Shown: positions 26,187-36,289, counted from the first letter of the stretch. The stretch: DNA of 64,000 nucleotides from Thermoplasmata archaeon (GCA_046759185.1 JBHIBO010000007.1:3898-67897), one strand, 5' to 3'. Numbers and translations: made by a program. Notes: generated by a model not told the origin, from the sequence alone.

Positions 26187-27347
26187 ATGAAGACCCCCAG
26201 GCTCCTGATTCCGGGGCCGGTGCCACTCGAGGGGAGGGTGGCGGAGGAACTGGCCAAACCCGCATCGCCCCATTACGGAAAGGAATGGGTGGCGAACTAT
26301 CGGGAAACGCAGGACTTGCTGCGGACCCTCTTCCGTATGGCGGACGCCAAGGTCTTTCCCATTGCGGGTCCGGCCCACGTGGGCATGGAAGCGTTGGTCA
26401 CCACCTTGCTGGGGCCCGAGGATAAGGCCCTCGTCATCGACAACGGGTTCTTCGGTCGACGGCTTCGGGAAATGCTGGATGCCCACCAGGTCGAGGCTTT
26501 CTCCATCCACGGCCGGTGGGGTACGCCCCCGGATCTCCGCCGGGTCGAGGAAGTGCTCAGCGGGACGTACATTCGTGCCGTCTTTGCCGTGCACTCAGAG
26601 ACTTCGACGGGCATGGTGAACCCGATCCGGGAGCTGGGCAGCCTGACCCACGAGTACGGTTCCCTCTTCGTTGTTGACGCGGTCTCGTCCCTCGGAGGCC
26701 TCCCACTCCTCTGTGACGAGTGGAGGGTCGATGCCGCGTTCGCGGCTTCCCAGAAGTGTCTGGGGGCCCCGCCGGGCATCGCGCCCGTGGCCATTCGCCC
26801 CTCCATCCTGGAGGCGGTCGATTCCGACCGGGTTCGAGGTTGGTACACGAATCTCCTCACGTGGGATCGGTTCAGCGAGGAATGGGGGGCATGGCATCCT
26901 CAACCCACGACGATTTCCACGAACGTGTTCATGGCCTTCAAGGTCGCCCTCGAGCTCGTCTTCGAGGAGGGCCTCGAGCGTCGCTTGGAGCGCCACCGCA
27001 CGGTCGGCCGTGCCTATCGGGAGGCCCTTCGGGCCCTCGGGTTCACAACGATCCCCCACGAGGAGGATGCCAGTGACACAGTCACCGCCGCTCGACCCCC
27101 GGAGGGAGTTGAGGCCACCCAGCTTCTGGAGGCCCTTCGGGAGAAGTTCAACATCTACGTCAGCGGCGGCCTGACGGAATTAGCGGGGCAGATCCTCCGC
27201 ATCGGCCACATGGGTCCCACGGCTCGCCCCGAGGACCTCCTCGCCGTCATGGAGGCCCTTGGCAGCCTCATGGAGGGTTCGTCCGAGGGGGATGCCAGAA
27301 AGGCCATGGAGGTTGCCACCTCCCTCACCAAGAGCCTGATGGACTAG
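26187..27347 (+). CDS. Class V aminotransferase (serine-pyruvate / alanine-glyoxylate / phosphoserine aminotransferase family)
   Basis: MKTPRLLIPGPVPL.., ..VHSETSTGM.NPI.., ..FVVDAVSSLGG.., ..ASQKCLGAPPG.. (PLP-lysine region). Confidence 0.85.
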   Translation: MKTPRLLIPGPVPLEGRVAEELAKPASPHYGKEWVANYRETQDLLRTLFRMADAKVFPIAGPAHVGMEALVTTLLGPEDKALVIDNGFFGRRLREMLDAHQVEAFSIHGRWGTPPDLRRVEEVLSGTYIRAVFAVHSETSTGMVNPIRELGSLTHEYGSLFVVDAVSSLGGLPLLCDEWRVDAAFAASQKCLGAPPGIAPVAIRPSILEAVDSDRVRGWYTNLLTWDRFSEEWGAWHPQPTTISTNVFMAFKVALELVFEEGLERRLERHRTVGRAYREALRALGFTTIPHEEDASDTVTAARPPEGVEATQLLEALREKFNIYVSGGLTELAGQILRIGHMGPTARPEDLLAVMEALGSLMEGSSEGDARKAMEVATSLTKSLMD

Positions 27348-27430
27348 GTGGCAGCCCCCCCGGGCGTGTTCGCCTCCTTCTTGACAAGCCTTTTACGAAA
27401 CGGGTTCATACAAATCCCCCAGAAGAAGAC

Positions 27431-28675
27431 ATGGCGGATCTCACCGGCCTTGCTCGACGTCTGGGGAAACGAGGTTTCCTCGTCTCGCCTCCATCAAGGG
27501 AGGCGTTCCGTTCCGTCGACCCGGCCCTGTTCGTGCTGCCGCGCTACCGCCTCCTCGCCTACGAGGATACCCCCGTCCCCTATCACGAGGGGGACACCGT
27601 TGGCCTCGTCCCCTCCCGCCGTCTGGTGGCCACACTGCTGCAGCTCGCGAGCGGGACGCAGGAGGGCACGTTCATCCTCTACGGTTCCGACGGAGGATAC
27701 CTGGCAACCCTTCTCGCTCGGTCCGTGCCCGGTCGCTCCATCCTGGTCGTCGAAGAGGGAGAGGAGCTAGGACGCGCCACCGCCGACAACCTGGCGCGGG
27801 CAGGCCAGCCCGACATTCGAGTCGAGAGCGAGCTGCCCGAGGGGGGGGCCGCTTGGCTCTGCGTCCTGCAGCCCCACCCTCCCTCCGACCTCTCCTTCCA
27901 GGATCACCTGGCGGACATGGGGACCTTGCTCCTACCTCGAAGGGGGCCGGAGGGTCACGCACTCGTTCAGATCGTGCGAAACGGGGATGAGTTTGGGGAA
28001 CTCGTGATCCGTGAGGCGACCTTCGGGGCCTCGGCTTCCACCTCCCATGCCGTGAACGTGGCCAGCCTCCTTGCCTTCGAAGAACTCCTGAGCCACGTTT
28101 GGACCGGGGACACCTCAGACCGGGACGGACACCTCCGGGAACTGGCCGAGAGCACCTTTGAGGGAGGTCCCTGGGACACGGGGAAGCTGGCCTCGAAGGA
28201 GAGAGGCCGTTCCCGTGTGGCAAGAACGGCCTTTCGACTCGCTCACATCCACCAAATGCTAGGAGACCTCGAAAATGCCGAGCGGCTCTATCGGCGATCC
28301 CTGGAGGTCTTCCCCACCTCGGAGGCGCACACGTTCCTCGGATGGACCTACAGCACCCTGGACCGGCTGGAGGACGCCATGCGGGAGTGCCGGGAGGCCA
28401 TCGATGTGGACCCAACGCTGGGAAACCCCTACAACGACATCGGGGCCTACCTCATCGAACTCGGACGCCCCGACGAGGCCATTCCATGGCTCATGCGGGC
28501 GACCCAGGCCGAGCGATATTGTTGTGCCTTCTACGCGCACTGCAACCTGGGGCGCGTGTACATGCTGCGAGGGGACCTGGTCGCCGCGCGGGAACAGTTC
28601 GCCCGGGCCTTGGATGTGAACCCCGATTACGAACTCGCGCGCCGGCTCCTCGAGGAAGTCGAAAAACACCTCTAG
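27431..28675 (+). CDS. PCMT-like (protein-L-isoaspartate methyltransferase fold) domain fused to TPR repeats
   Basis: The N-terminus parallels PIMT (..AFRSVDPALFVLPRY..AYEDTPVPYHEGDTVGLVPS..VATLLQL..). The C-terminus has TPRs (..AERLYRRSLEVFPTSEAHTFLGWTYSTLDRLEDAMRECREAIDVDPTLGNPYNDIGAYLIELGRPDEAI..). Confidence 0.7.
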   Translation: MADLTGLARRLGKRGFLVSPPSREAFRSVDPALFVLPRYRLLAYEDTPVPYHEGDTVGLVPSRRLVATLLQLASGTQEGTFILYGSDGGYLATLLARSVPGRSILVVEEGEELGRATADNLARAGQPDIRVESELPEGGAAWLCVLQPHPPSDLSFQDHLADMGTLLLPRRGPEGHALVQIVRNGDEFGELVIREATFGASASTSHAVNVASLLAFEELLSHVWTGDTSDRDGHLRELAESTFEGGPWDTGKLASKERGRSRVARTAFRLAHIHQMLGDLENAERLYRRSLEVFPTSEAHTFLGWTYSTLDRLEDAMRECREAIDVDPTLGNPYNDIGAYLIELGRPDEAIPWLMRATQAERYCCAFYAHCNLGRVYMLRGDLVAAREQFARALDVNPDYELARRLLEEVEKHL

Positions 28676-28683
28676 CCGGCGTC

Positions 28684-28941
28684 CTACGGTCGGCCGGGGA
28701 TGGATCCCACGTAGGGCAAACCGAATCGGGAGCCGCAGTTGTGGCAGACGAGGGTCAGGACCGAACCCGCCTCGCCCGCCTGCACGGTGGCCAACCAGTG
28801 TGAACGGTCACAGCGACACACGACCGTCATCTCCTCACCCTCCTCTCCGACGAGCCGCAAGGCCCCTTCCTGGAAATGCTTCTGCAGGATCCGGGTCTCT
28901 CCCAGCTCGGTCGCCTTGATTTCCATCGGCAACGAAGGCAT
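28684..28941 (-). CDS. Hypothetical small protein
   Basis: 85-aa ORF of reasonable composition with CRCD..H and CHNCG motifs. No family recognised. Confidence 0.35.
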   Translation of the reverse strand: MPSLPMEIKATELGETRILQKHFQEGALRLVGEEGEEMTVVCRCDRSHWLATVQAGEAGSVLTLVCHNCGSRFGLPYVGSIPGRP

Positions 28942-29026
28942 GCGCCCCTCGAAGATGAACCTTCTCCCAACCCGACGGGCGGTCCTAGGGGGAGGCGGCC
29001 CATCTCAGGGCCCACCGATGGACAGA

Positions 29027-29584
29027 TTAGTAGCGGTAGATCCGCTCTCCCACGGGCTCCAGCTCGACCCCCAGGCCATGGACAATCCGGTTCACGAAGT
29101 TGAAGTAGCTGGCAATGAGATTGATATCCAAGATTTCCTCGTCGTCAAATCCGGTCTTGCAGAGGGCCTTGATGTCTTTCTGGGTCATGGCCCAGGGTTC
29201 GGTCGTCAGCTTTGCGGCATAGTCCAACATGGCACGATCTTCAGCTCGCAGGGGCGCCTCGCGGTAGTCCGTCTTCAACCCCTCAACGACCTCGCCGGAC
29301 TTCTCGTAATGCGCCAACGCCTCTGCGTGGTGGACCACACAGTACGGACACCGATTGAGACTCGACACGGTGACACCGATCATCTCGCGTTGGGCGCGAG
29401 ATAGGCCTCCCTTCCGATAAACGATGGACAGGTAGAGGTCCAAGTGTGCCTTCATCGCCGTGGGATTCAGGGACTGGACCTGATGAATGTCCGCAACCTC
29501 GCCCCTGCGCCGCCCCACCTCCTCGTAGACCTCGGCCAGCGTCCCCTCTGCCGATTCGGGATCCACCACCTCGATCCAGCTCAT
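29027..29584 (-). CDS. Carboxymuconolactone decarboxylase-family / AhpD-like peroxidase-related protein
   Basis: ..REMIGVTVSSLNRCPYCVVHHAEAL.. (CxxC..H motif) and ..EEILDINLIASYFNFVNR.., typical of the peroxidase-related CMD subgroup. Confidence 0.8.
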   Translation of the reverse strand: MSWIEVVDPESAEGTLAEVYEEVGRRRGEVADIHQVQSLNPTAMKAHLDLYLSIVYRKGGLSRAQREMIGVTVSSLNRCPYCVVHHAEALAHYEKSGEVVEGLKTDYREAPLRAEDRAMLDYAAKLTTEPWAMTQKDIKALCKTGFDDEEILDINLIASYFNFVNRIVHGLGVELEPVGERIYRY

Positions 29585-29606
29585 GCTTCCCCATTTCGGC
29601 CACGGC

Positions 29607-29645
29607 TAAAAGGTGTGTCGCAACGGGGACCTGCCGCAGGTCCCC
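29607..29645 (-). terminator. Hairpin plus T-run downstream of the ferredoxin gene
   Basis: Perfect 9-bp inverted repeat GGGGACCTG-ccg-CAGGTCCCC (29625-29645), 33 nt after the ferredoxin stop. On the minus strand it is followed by ..CCTTTTAG. Confidence 0.4.
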
Positions 29646-29678
29646 TGCTTTCGGGAGCATCCCGTACCTTGGCCCGTG

Positions 29679-30182
<504 letters not shown>

Positions 30183-30208
<26 letters not shown>

Positions 30209-30374
30209 CCGCTTCCTCCGCCGAGGATTCCTCCTCCTCATCCATGCCGAGGTCGCATCGGGGGCAGACATAGTCGAGGAGGGGATAGTTCCCGTGGGCG
30301 TGCTGGACGAAGTAGATCATCTCCGTCCCACACCGGGAACAGACCCGCTCCACGTCGGCTTTGAAGATGCGCAT
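30183..30374 (-). CDS. Small zinc-ribbon protein with acidic tail
   Basis: ..VCSRCGTEM..(20)..CPRCDLGMDEEEESSAEEADES has two CxxC pairs. Confidence 0.5.
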
Positions 30375-30420
30375 CCCACCTGGGCAGCCTTTTTCAACCC
30401 AACGGCGCGTATTTAGGCTT

Positions 30421-31431
30421 TTACTCCTGGGGCTCCTGGGGCTCTCGGCGTCCGAACCGACCCAGCTTCAGGATGCCGAGCTGAATGAGGAGGGTGATGG
30501 CGCTCAGGACGATGGCCACCAAGGCGATGGCAAAGATCGAGCCCGCCAGGCTCCCTGCGGCCGCCGCCGCCTCTGAGGCACTCGCCGCCTGTCCGTTCAG
30601 TTCGTCCAGCTGGCCGCTGACGTCCAGATCGAGTTCATCCACCCGGGTCTCCAGACCCGCGATCTGATCGGTCACATCGATGGAAAAGGTGTCTGCGAAG
30701 ACCGTGCGGTGGACGGACCGATCCACCACCCTCACCTGGAGAGTATGGCTCCCCGGCGAGAGCGTGAACGTCTGGGTCGTCTGCCAGGACTTGGCCACCT
30801 CGTCTTGGTCGAGGGCAACGAGGCGGATGGATGTGCCCTCGATGAAGGCGATCACGTCCCCGAATAGTCCGACGAGGCTGGTATCGCGGAGGGGGGCACC
30901 GTCCAGGATGTACTCCACGTCGACCCGGCTCTGCATTTCGGACATGTTACCCACGTCAATGGTGGTTGTGACCACAAAGGGGGTGCCAACCTCTCCCGTC
31001 AGGGCACTGATCTGTACTTGGACATCGAAGTTCGGCGCCGGATAGTTCGTGGAGGGAAGCAACGTGCCCTCCAGGACCGACGTTACGATGACGCTAAAGT
31101 CCCCGCCCACGAAGGTGAGCTGTTGGATTGCGAAGGTGGTTTCCGAACCCGGCAAGGCCGAGATTGGCACGGCGATATCGAGGGACTGGGCCGGGACGGT
31201 GGTATCGGGGGAGAACACGGTCACGGTGACCGTGTCGGGTCCTGATCGAGGTGCCAGGACCGTCAGCGTCCCCAGGACAATGATGTCTTGGCCCAACAAG
31301 AAACTCCGCTGCAGGACAAAGTCGACGTCGACCCGGTAGACCTGTGCCTGCGCCTCCTGGATCACGAAGCCCCCGAAGAAGCTCGCGACCAGGAGGGTCA
31401 CTATCAGAAACCATGTGCGATTTAACCTCAC
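30421..31431 (-). CDS. Surface protein: signal peptide, beta-rich ectodomain, coiled-coil stalk, C-terminal TM anchor
   Basis: Signal MRLNRTWFLIVTLLVASFFGGFVIQEAQAQ, beta-rich repeats, the stalk ..DQIAGLETRVDELDLDVSGQLDELNGQAASASEAAAAA.., TM SIFAIALVAIVLSAITLLIQLGIL, and a charged tail. Confidence 0.75.
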   Translation of the reverse strand: MRLNRTWFLIVTLLVASFFGGFVIQEAQAQVYRVDVDFVLQRSFLLGQDIIVLGTLTVLAPRSGPDTVTVTVFSPDTTVPAQSLDIAVPISALPGSETTFAIQQLTFVGGDFSVIVTSVLEGTLLPSTNYPAPNFDVQVQISALTGEVGTPFVVTTTIDVGNMSEMQSRVDVEYILDGAPLRDTSLVGLFGDVIAFIEGTSIRLVALDQDEVAKSWQTTQTFTLSPGSHTLQVRVVDRSVHRTVFADTFSIDVTDQIAGLETRVDELDLDVSGQLDELNGQAASASEAAAAAGSLAGSIFAIALVAIVLSAITLLIQLGILKLGRFGRREPQEPQE

Positions 31432-31532
31432 GGATTGCCACTCCCTTGGCCTTTCTCATTGCCTCCTGTTATTTCAGAACTTCTCGTGCTATCAGAGGCG
31501 GAAATCTCTGGGCCGGAATCCATACGCCAGCC

Positions 31533-31540
31533 TTTTTTAA
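31533..31540 (+). promoter_or_regulatory. TATA-like box (TTTTTTAA) for the FNR-like gene
   Basis: It lies 29-36 nt upstream of ATG 31569, implying a very short leader. Confidence 0.35.
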
Positions 31541-31568
31541 CAGGCACACATCTTGACTGGATGCAGCC

Positions 31569-32300
31569 ATGGCCGACACGCCGATGTTCCCCCCCATCGA
31601 AAAGTTCCAACTCGAGGTCACCGAGAACATCCATCACACCCCGTGGGTCTGGCTCCCCCGCTTTCGACGCACCGACGGGAAGCCGCTGGACTTCCTAGCT
31701 GGACAGTGGGTCCTCACCCGCGTGGAGAAGAACGGTGAAGACATCCGTCGCGCCTACTCCGTCGCCTCTCCGCCGCACATCCAGGAGTACTTCGAACTCT
31801 GCGTCAAGAAGGTGGAGGGGGGCGCCATGTCCCCCATCTTGTGCGGCCTGGAAACGGGCGACATCATCGACGGCGCAGGGCCCTATGGGAAGGTGATCCT
31901 CGTCAACCCCATTGAGACGGGTTTCTACTACATCGCCACCGGCACGGGCATAGCGCCTTTCCGGTCCATGATCGACACGATGTACGAGCACGGCCACGAC
32001 GTGCCCATTACCCTCTACTTCGGCGTGCGAAAGGAGGAGGACATCATCTACCACGACCACTGGCTCGGGCTGGCGAAAGAGCATGCTCGATTCCAGTACA
32101 TTCCCACCCTGAGCCGCCCTATCAATGGCTGGAAGGGGGAACGGGGATACGTCCAGCGCCTCGTAAAGGAGCGCGTCGAATCCTGGAACGACGAGGAGGT
32201 CTACATCTGCGGAATTCCGGAAATGGTCGACGAAGTCCGGGAGATGTTCATGGACATGGGCGCTCCCAAGGACCGGACCCACGTGGAGAAGTGGTACTGA
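31569..32300 (+). CDS. Ferredoxin-NADP+ reductase-family FAD/NAD(P)-binding oxidoreductase
   Basis: FAD motif RAYSVAS, NAD(P) motif IATGTGIAPFRSM, and C-terminal ..VYICGIPEMV... Confidence 0.85.
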   Translation: MADTPMFPPIEKFQLEVTENIHHTPWVWLPRFRRTDGKPLDFLAGQWVLTRVEKNGEDIRRAYSVASPPHIQEYFELCVKKVEGGAMSPILCGLETGDIIDGAGPYGKVILVNPIETGFYYIATGTGIAPFRSMIDTMYEHGHDVPITLYFGVRKEEDIIYHDHWLGLAKEHARFQYIPTLSRPINGWKGERGYVQRLVKERVESWNDEEVYICGIPEMVDEVREMFMDMGAPKDRTHVEKWY

Positions 32301-32301
32301 A

Positions 32302-33873
32302 TCATACGTAGTACGTCTGGCTCTGCTCGTGCAGGAACTGCTCCAGGTAGTAGGGGCCTCCCGCCCCCTTTCCCGAGATCCCGCTGTGTTTCCAGCCCCC
32401 GAAGGGCTGAGATCCGATAATCGCGCCTGTCGTCGCTCCCTGAACCCGGTTCGCGTAGACGACGCCTGCCTGGATCTGGCGGAAATATTCCGCCCGCTCC
32501 TCCTCATCCTCGCTGAAGATACCGGCCGTGAGCCCGTACTCCGTGTCGTTGGACCGTGCAATCCCTTCATCCAGGGAGTCCAGCCCGGACACGTGTAGGA
32601 TGGGCACAAAGAGCTCCTCCTGCATGAGACGATGGTCGTCGGCGAGCCCATCCACCACGGTGGGGGCGACGAAGTAGCCCTTGGAGAGTCTGCCCTCGCG
32701 CAGCACCTTCCCCCCGGTAAGAACCTCCCCGTCACGCCGGGCCAGATCGACATAAGTCTGATAGTTCGTGTACGCCTTCTCGTTAATCACCGGGCCCATG
32801 TAGACGTCGGGGGCGGTGGGGTCACCGACTTCGATTTCCCCGACCCAATCCAAGAGACCATCCAGAAAGTCCTCCTTAACCGCCTCATGCACGAAGACCC
32901 GGCTCGTGGCGCTGCACTTCTGGCCTCCATACCCATAGGCCCCTCGACCGACTCCAGGGATGGCCTTCTCCAAGTCGGCATTCTCCGTGACAACGACCGC
33001 GTTCTTGCCTCCGAGCTCCGTGATGACGGGCTTGGGGAACCCGCTCGTGAAGGCCTTGAAGGAGCGAACCCCCACGCCCCGTGATCCCGTGAAGATCAGG
33101 CCCGAGACGTCAGGATTCTCCACCATGGAGGCCCCCACGGCCCGACCGGGGCCTGTAACGAGGTTCAGCACGCCATCCGGGAGTCCGGCCTCCCTAAGGG
33201 CCTCATAGAACTTTATCGCCAGAAAGGGCGTGTCGGTGGCGGGTTTCAAAACAGCCGTGTTCCCCGTGAGAACGGCTCCGGTTGTCATGCCTGCCACGAT
33301 CGCCAACGGGTAGTTGAAGGGGGAGATCACCGCCCACACGCCGTAGGGTCTCAGAACGCTCCGGGTGCGTTCATTCTCCAGTGCGGGGGCCATTTCTTGC
33401 GCAAAGCCACCGTTCTCCTCCATGACATAGGAGTACCATCGTACCAGGTCGATGGCCTCGTCAACATCTGCAATGGCCTCAAGGCGGCTCTTTCCGTTCT
33501 CGTGGGACATCAGGGCTGAAAGGGCGAATTTATCCCTCGCCATCAGATCGGCTGACCTCCGGAAGATCGCGACACGATCGTGCCAGTCCGTGGCCGCCCA
33601 GCCCGGAAACGCCCGAAGGGCCGCCTTTACCGCGGCTCCGGCCTCCTCGCTTCCTGCGTTCTGGAAATGGCCGAGGATCAGATCGGTATTGGACGGACTC
33701 CGATCGGAAAAGGTGGAGGCCGCGGAGACCTCCTTCCCGTCGATGAAAATCGGGTGGGTCTGTCCGAGCTCCTCTTGAATCTCATCGAGAGCGTTGTCGT
33801 AGCTTGTATGGAATCCGGCTACGTTATCGGTCTGGATCGCACGAAGGAACGTCTGCTCGTTTTCGAAGCCCAT
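32302..33873 (-). CDS. Aldehyde dehydrogenase family, 1-pyrroline-5-carboxylate (glutamate semialdehyde) dehydrogenase-like
   Basis: ..ELGGKNAVVV.. and the catalytic ..GQKCSATSRVFV... The N-terminal region and length (523 aa) match RocA/PruA-type P5CDH. Confidence 0.8.
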   Translation of the reverse strand: MGFENEQTFLRAIQTDNVAGFHTSYDNALDEIQEELGQTHPIFIDGKEVSAASTFSDRSPSNTDLILGHFQNAGSEEAGAAVKAALRAFPGWAATDWHDRVAIFRRSADLMARDKFALSALMSHENGKSRLEAIADVDEAIDLVRWYSYVMEENGGFAQEMAPALENERTRSVLRPYGVWAVISPFNYPLAIVAGMTTGAVLTGNTAVLKPATDTPFLAIKFYEALREAGLPDGVLNLVTGPGRAVGASMVENPDVSGLIFTGSRGVGVRSFKAFTSGFPKPVITELGGKNAVVVTENADLEKAIPGVGRGAYGYGGQKCSATSRVFVHEAVKEDFLDGLLDWVGEIEVGDPTAPDVYMGPVINEKAYTNYQTYVDLARRDGEVLTGGKVLREGRLSKGYFVAPTVVDGLADDHRLMQEELFVPILHVSGLDSLDEGIARSNDTEYGLTAGIFSEDEEERAEYFRQIQAGVVYANRVQGATTGAIIGSQPFGGWKHSGISGKGAGGPYYLEQFLHEQSQTYYV

Positions 33874-33938
33874 GCAACTCCCTATTGAAAACCTGCGTAG
33901 CCGAATATAAGGCTAGCGCTGGGACCCCGTTGGACCCC

Positions 33939-34055
33939 TCACGGCACTCGCCGCGCAAGCAGACCCCGAAGGGTGATCGCCAGGACGTACCCAAAGACGG
34001 CCAGGAGGGAGGCCAGAAGGAACCAGAGGAACGCTGAAAAGAGGAGGGCGCTCAC
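33939..34055 (-). CDS. Candidate 38-aa single-TM peptide translationally coupled to the symporter
   Basis: The symporter stop and this GTG start are adjacent (..GAT TGA GTG AGC..). Product: VSALLFSAFLWFLLASLLAVFGYVLAITLRGLLARRVP. Confidence 0.35.
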   Translation of the reverse strand: MSALLFSAFLWFLLASLLAVFGYVLAITLRGLLARRVP

Positions 34056-35504
34056 TCAATCACCGATCTCGACAACTTCATCGGCCAACCGGCGCAGGTC
34101 GAAGCGCTCGCGCCGTGCGGAGAAGAGGAACGTCAGAGCGGCAGAGACGCCCAGGGCGGCGGCAAAGCTCAGGAGAAAGAAGGTCGCCACGTCGGCCCCC
34201 GAGGCGGACAAGCCCAGCACGAAGAGGGGGGCCCCGACCACGATACCCGCCACCCCGGCGACCGCGGCCCCCCGCCCCCCAAGACGCCCGGAATAGAAGC
34301 CATAGAGCGTGGGGAAGGCGGCAGCGGAGCACACCAAATCCGCGACAAGGAAGAGGAGGAGGACGCTGAAGCCAAGGGAGGCGATGGCGATGGCCGCCAG
34401 GGCGAGGGCGAGAGTCACAACGCGGGCAACCGTGAGAAGGTCACGGGAGCGGACCCGAGGCCCCAGGCGCGGGATATCGGCGGTGAAGACGCTGGCGATC
34501 CCGTTCAGCAAGGAGTCCATTGTCGACATGATCAGCGCGAGGAGGAGCACGAAGAGGACGAGAATGACCCACTCCGGGAAGGACGCGATGACGAGGGAGA
34601 AGAAGGCCACGGACGGCGTGTCCGCGAGACCGTAGCCGGCTGCGACGATGCCGAAGACGCCAGCGAGGATGACCATGGGGATGACCGCGAACCCCGCGAC
34701 GGCTAGTCCCCGGCGGAGGACACGCTCATCGCGACTCGTGTAGAACCGCTGCCAATAGGCTTGGTTGAAGATGTTGGCCCCCGTGATGGCGATGGCAACG
34801 AAGATGGCGAAGTAGATCCCCGGAAGGTGATCGAGGCGGAGGAGTTCGGGGGCATTCGCCACGATCGTGCTATAGATGGCTTCGGGTCCCCCGAGCGCCA
34901 GGACGGCGCCCAGGAAGGCCACGGCCATAACGGGGAGAATCACGAGGGTCTGGAGGCTATCGGTCAGGACGGAGGCCCGTATCCCCCCATAGACCGTGTA
35001 AGCGACGGTGGCGAGCCCCACGATGAGCGCCGGCACGAAGAACGGAATTCCGGTGAGCAAGTTGAAGGCCAGGGAAATGGCCGTCAGCTCCGCCGCCAGG
35101 AAGATGAACATGTAGAAGACGGTCACGAACAGAACCAACGCATACATGCTCTGCCCGTAACGGGCCAGGCTCAACTCCGTCACCGAGTGGCCTTTGGGCG
35201 CGAGACGCCGGACCCGGGGGCCGATGAAGTAGTAGACAACCAGCGGAATCGCACTGCCGATCCCGTAACCCAGAACCGCGGGGAAGCCCCAGAGGACCCC
35301 GGCCTCCGCGGGACTGAAGAGAATCCAGGAACCCATCACGGTGGCGATGAAGGTCGCCGTGGCGACGTGGAGCCCCATGGAGTTTCGGGCCGTGATGTAG
35401 TCCTCCGCCGTGCGCACGTCTCCTCGGGTCAGGAGGAAGCCAGCCGTCGCGAATCCCCCCACAGTCCCGAGGGCCAGGAGGACAAGGACCAAAGGATCGG
35501 CCAT
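34056..35504 (-). CDS. Sodium:solute symporter family (SSS) transporter
   Basis: ..DYITARNSMGL.. near the N-terminus, and about 13 TM helices typical of PutP/SglT-type SSS proteins. Confidence 0.8.
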   Translation of the reverse strand: MADPLVLVLLALGTVGGFATAGFLLTRGDVRTAEDYITARNSMGLHVATATFIATVMGSWILFSPAEAGVLWGFPAVLGYGIGSAIPLVVYYFIGPRVRRLAPKGHSVTELSLARYGQSMYALVLFVTVFYMFIFLAAELTAISLAFNLLTGIPFFVPALIVGLATVAYTVYGGIRASVLTDSLQTLVILPVMAVAFLGAVLALGGPEAIYSTIVANAPELLRLDHLPGIYFAIFVAIAITGANIFNQAYWQRFYTSRDERVLRRGLAVAGFAVIPMVILAGVFGIVAAGYGLADTPSVAFFSLVIASFPEWVILVLFVLLLALIMSTMDSLLNGIASVFTADIPRLGPRVRSRDLLTVARVVTLALALAAIAIASLGFSVLLLFLVADLVCSAAAFPTLYGFYSGRLGGRGAAVAGVAGIVVGAPLFVLGLSASGADVATFFLLSFAAALGVSAALTFLFSARRERFDLRRLADEVVEIGD

Positions 35505-35597
35505 GGCGAACGCTCCGTTAGGGTCGTTCCCGAATAAACCTTACAGCCAAAGTCGATAGGCTAAACTCAAATAGGAGCCGCCTGGTAGAACGAGCTG

Positions 35598-36272
35598 GTG
35601 TCCAAGGATCGAGCGTTAGTCCTTCTATCCGGAGGACTGGACTCCGCCGTGTCGTTTCATTGGGCCCTGAAACAGGGCTGGTCCGTTCGGCCCATCACGT
35701 ACAACTACCACGAGAGGCCGCAGCGAGAAAAGGACGCCACCGCAAGCCTCGTAAGGCGGGCTGATCTACGCGACGAGCTCATCGAGGTCGAACTCCCCTT
35801 CTTGATGGAGGTGGAGGACCTGCAAGAGAACGGCATAGAGAACCGGGCCCTGGGACGCGCCCCGGGCTCGTACATACCGGCGCGGAACCTGATCTTTTAC
35901 GCCACCGCGGCGCACTACGGGGAGATTCTCTCCGCCCGATGGCTCGTCGGCGGCCACAACGGGGCGGACGGGGAGATCTTCCCCGATGCCACCCCCGCGT
36001 TCTTTGAGGGCCTGAACCGACTCCTGACCATGGGTCTCCTCACCGCCACGACCTCCCGCCTCCAGGTGGTCAACCCCCTCAAGGGCCGGACCAAGGTCGA
36101 AGTGCTCCGCCTCGGCCGGGAATTGGACGTTCCTTTCGCGTTGACCTGGAGCTGCCACTATGATCGGGCTGTTCCCTGTGGCACTTGCAGCTCTTGTCGG
36201 GAGAGGGAGAAGGCGTTCCAGGAGCTGGGTGTCGAGGATCCCCTTCTTGCCGCGCCAGGAGCGCGCCCGTAG
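35598..36272 (+). CDS. queC: 7-cyano-7-deazaguanine synthase
   Basis: PP-loop LLSGGLDSAV, C-terminal Zn cluster ..CGTCSSCRER.., GTG start. Confidence 0.85.
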   Translation: MSKDRALVLLSGGLDSAVSFHWALKQGWSVRPITYNYHERPQREKDATASLVRRADLRDELIEVELPFLMEVEDLQENGIENRALGRAPGSYIPARNLIFYATAAHYGEILSARWLVGGHNGADGEIFPDATPAFFEGLNRLLTMGLLTATTSRLQVVNPLKGRTKVEVLRLGRELDVPFALTWSCHYDRAVPCGTCSSCREREKAFQELGVEDPLLAAPGARP

Positions 36273-36289
36273 AGCGGGACGGTGAGGGT

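Noticed and set aside
33973-34296. 107-aa Lys/Arg-rich plus-strand ORF resembling a nucleic-acid-binding protein
   Set aside because: It lies antisense to the 3' end of the well-supported symporter gene and is low-complexity.
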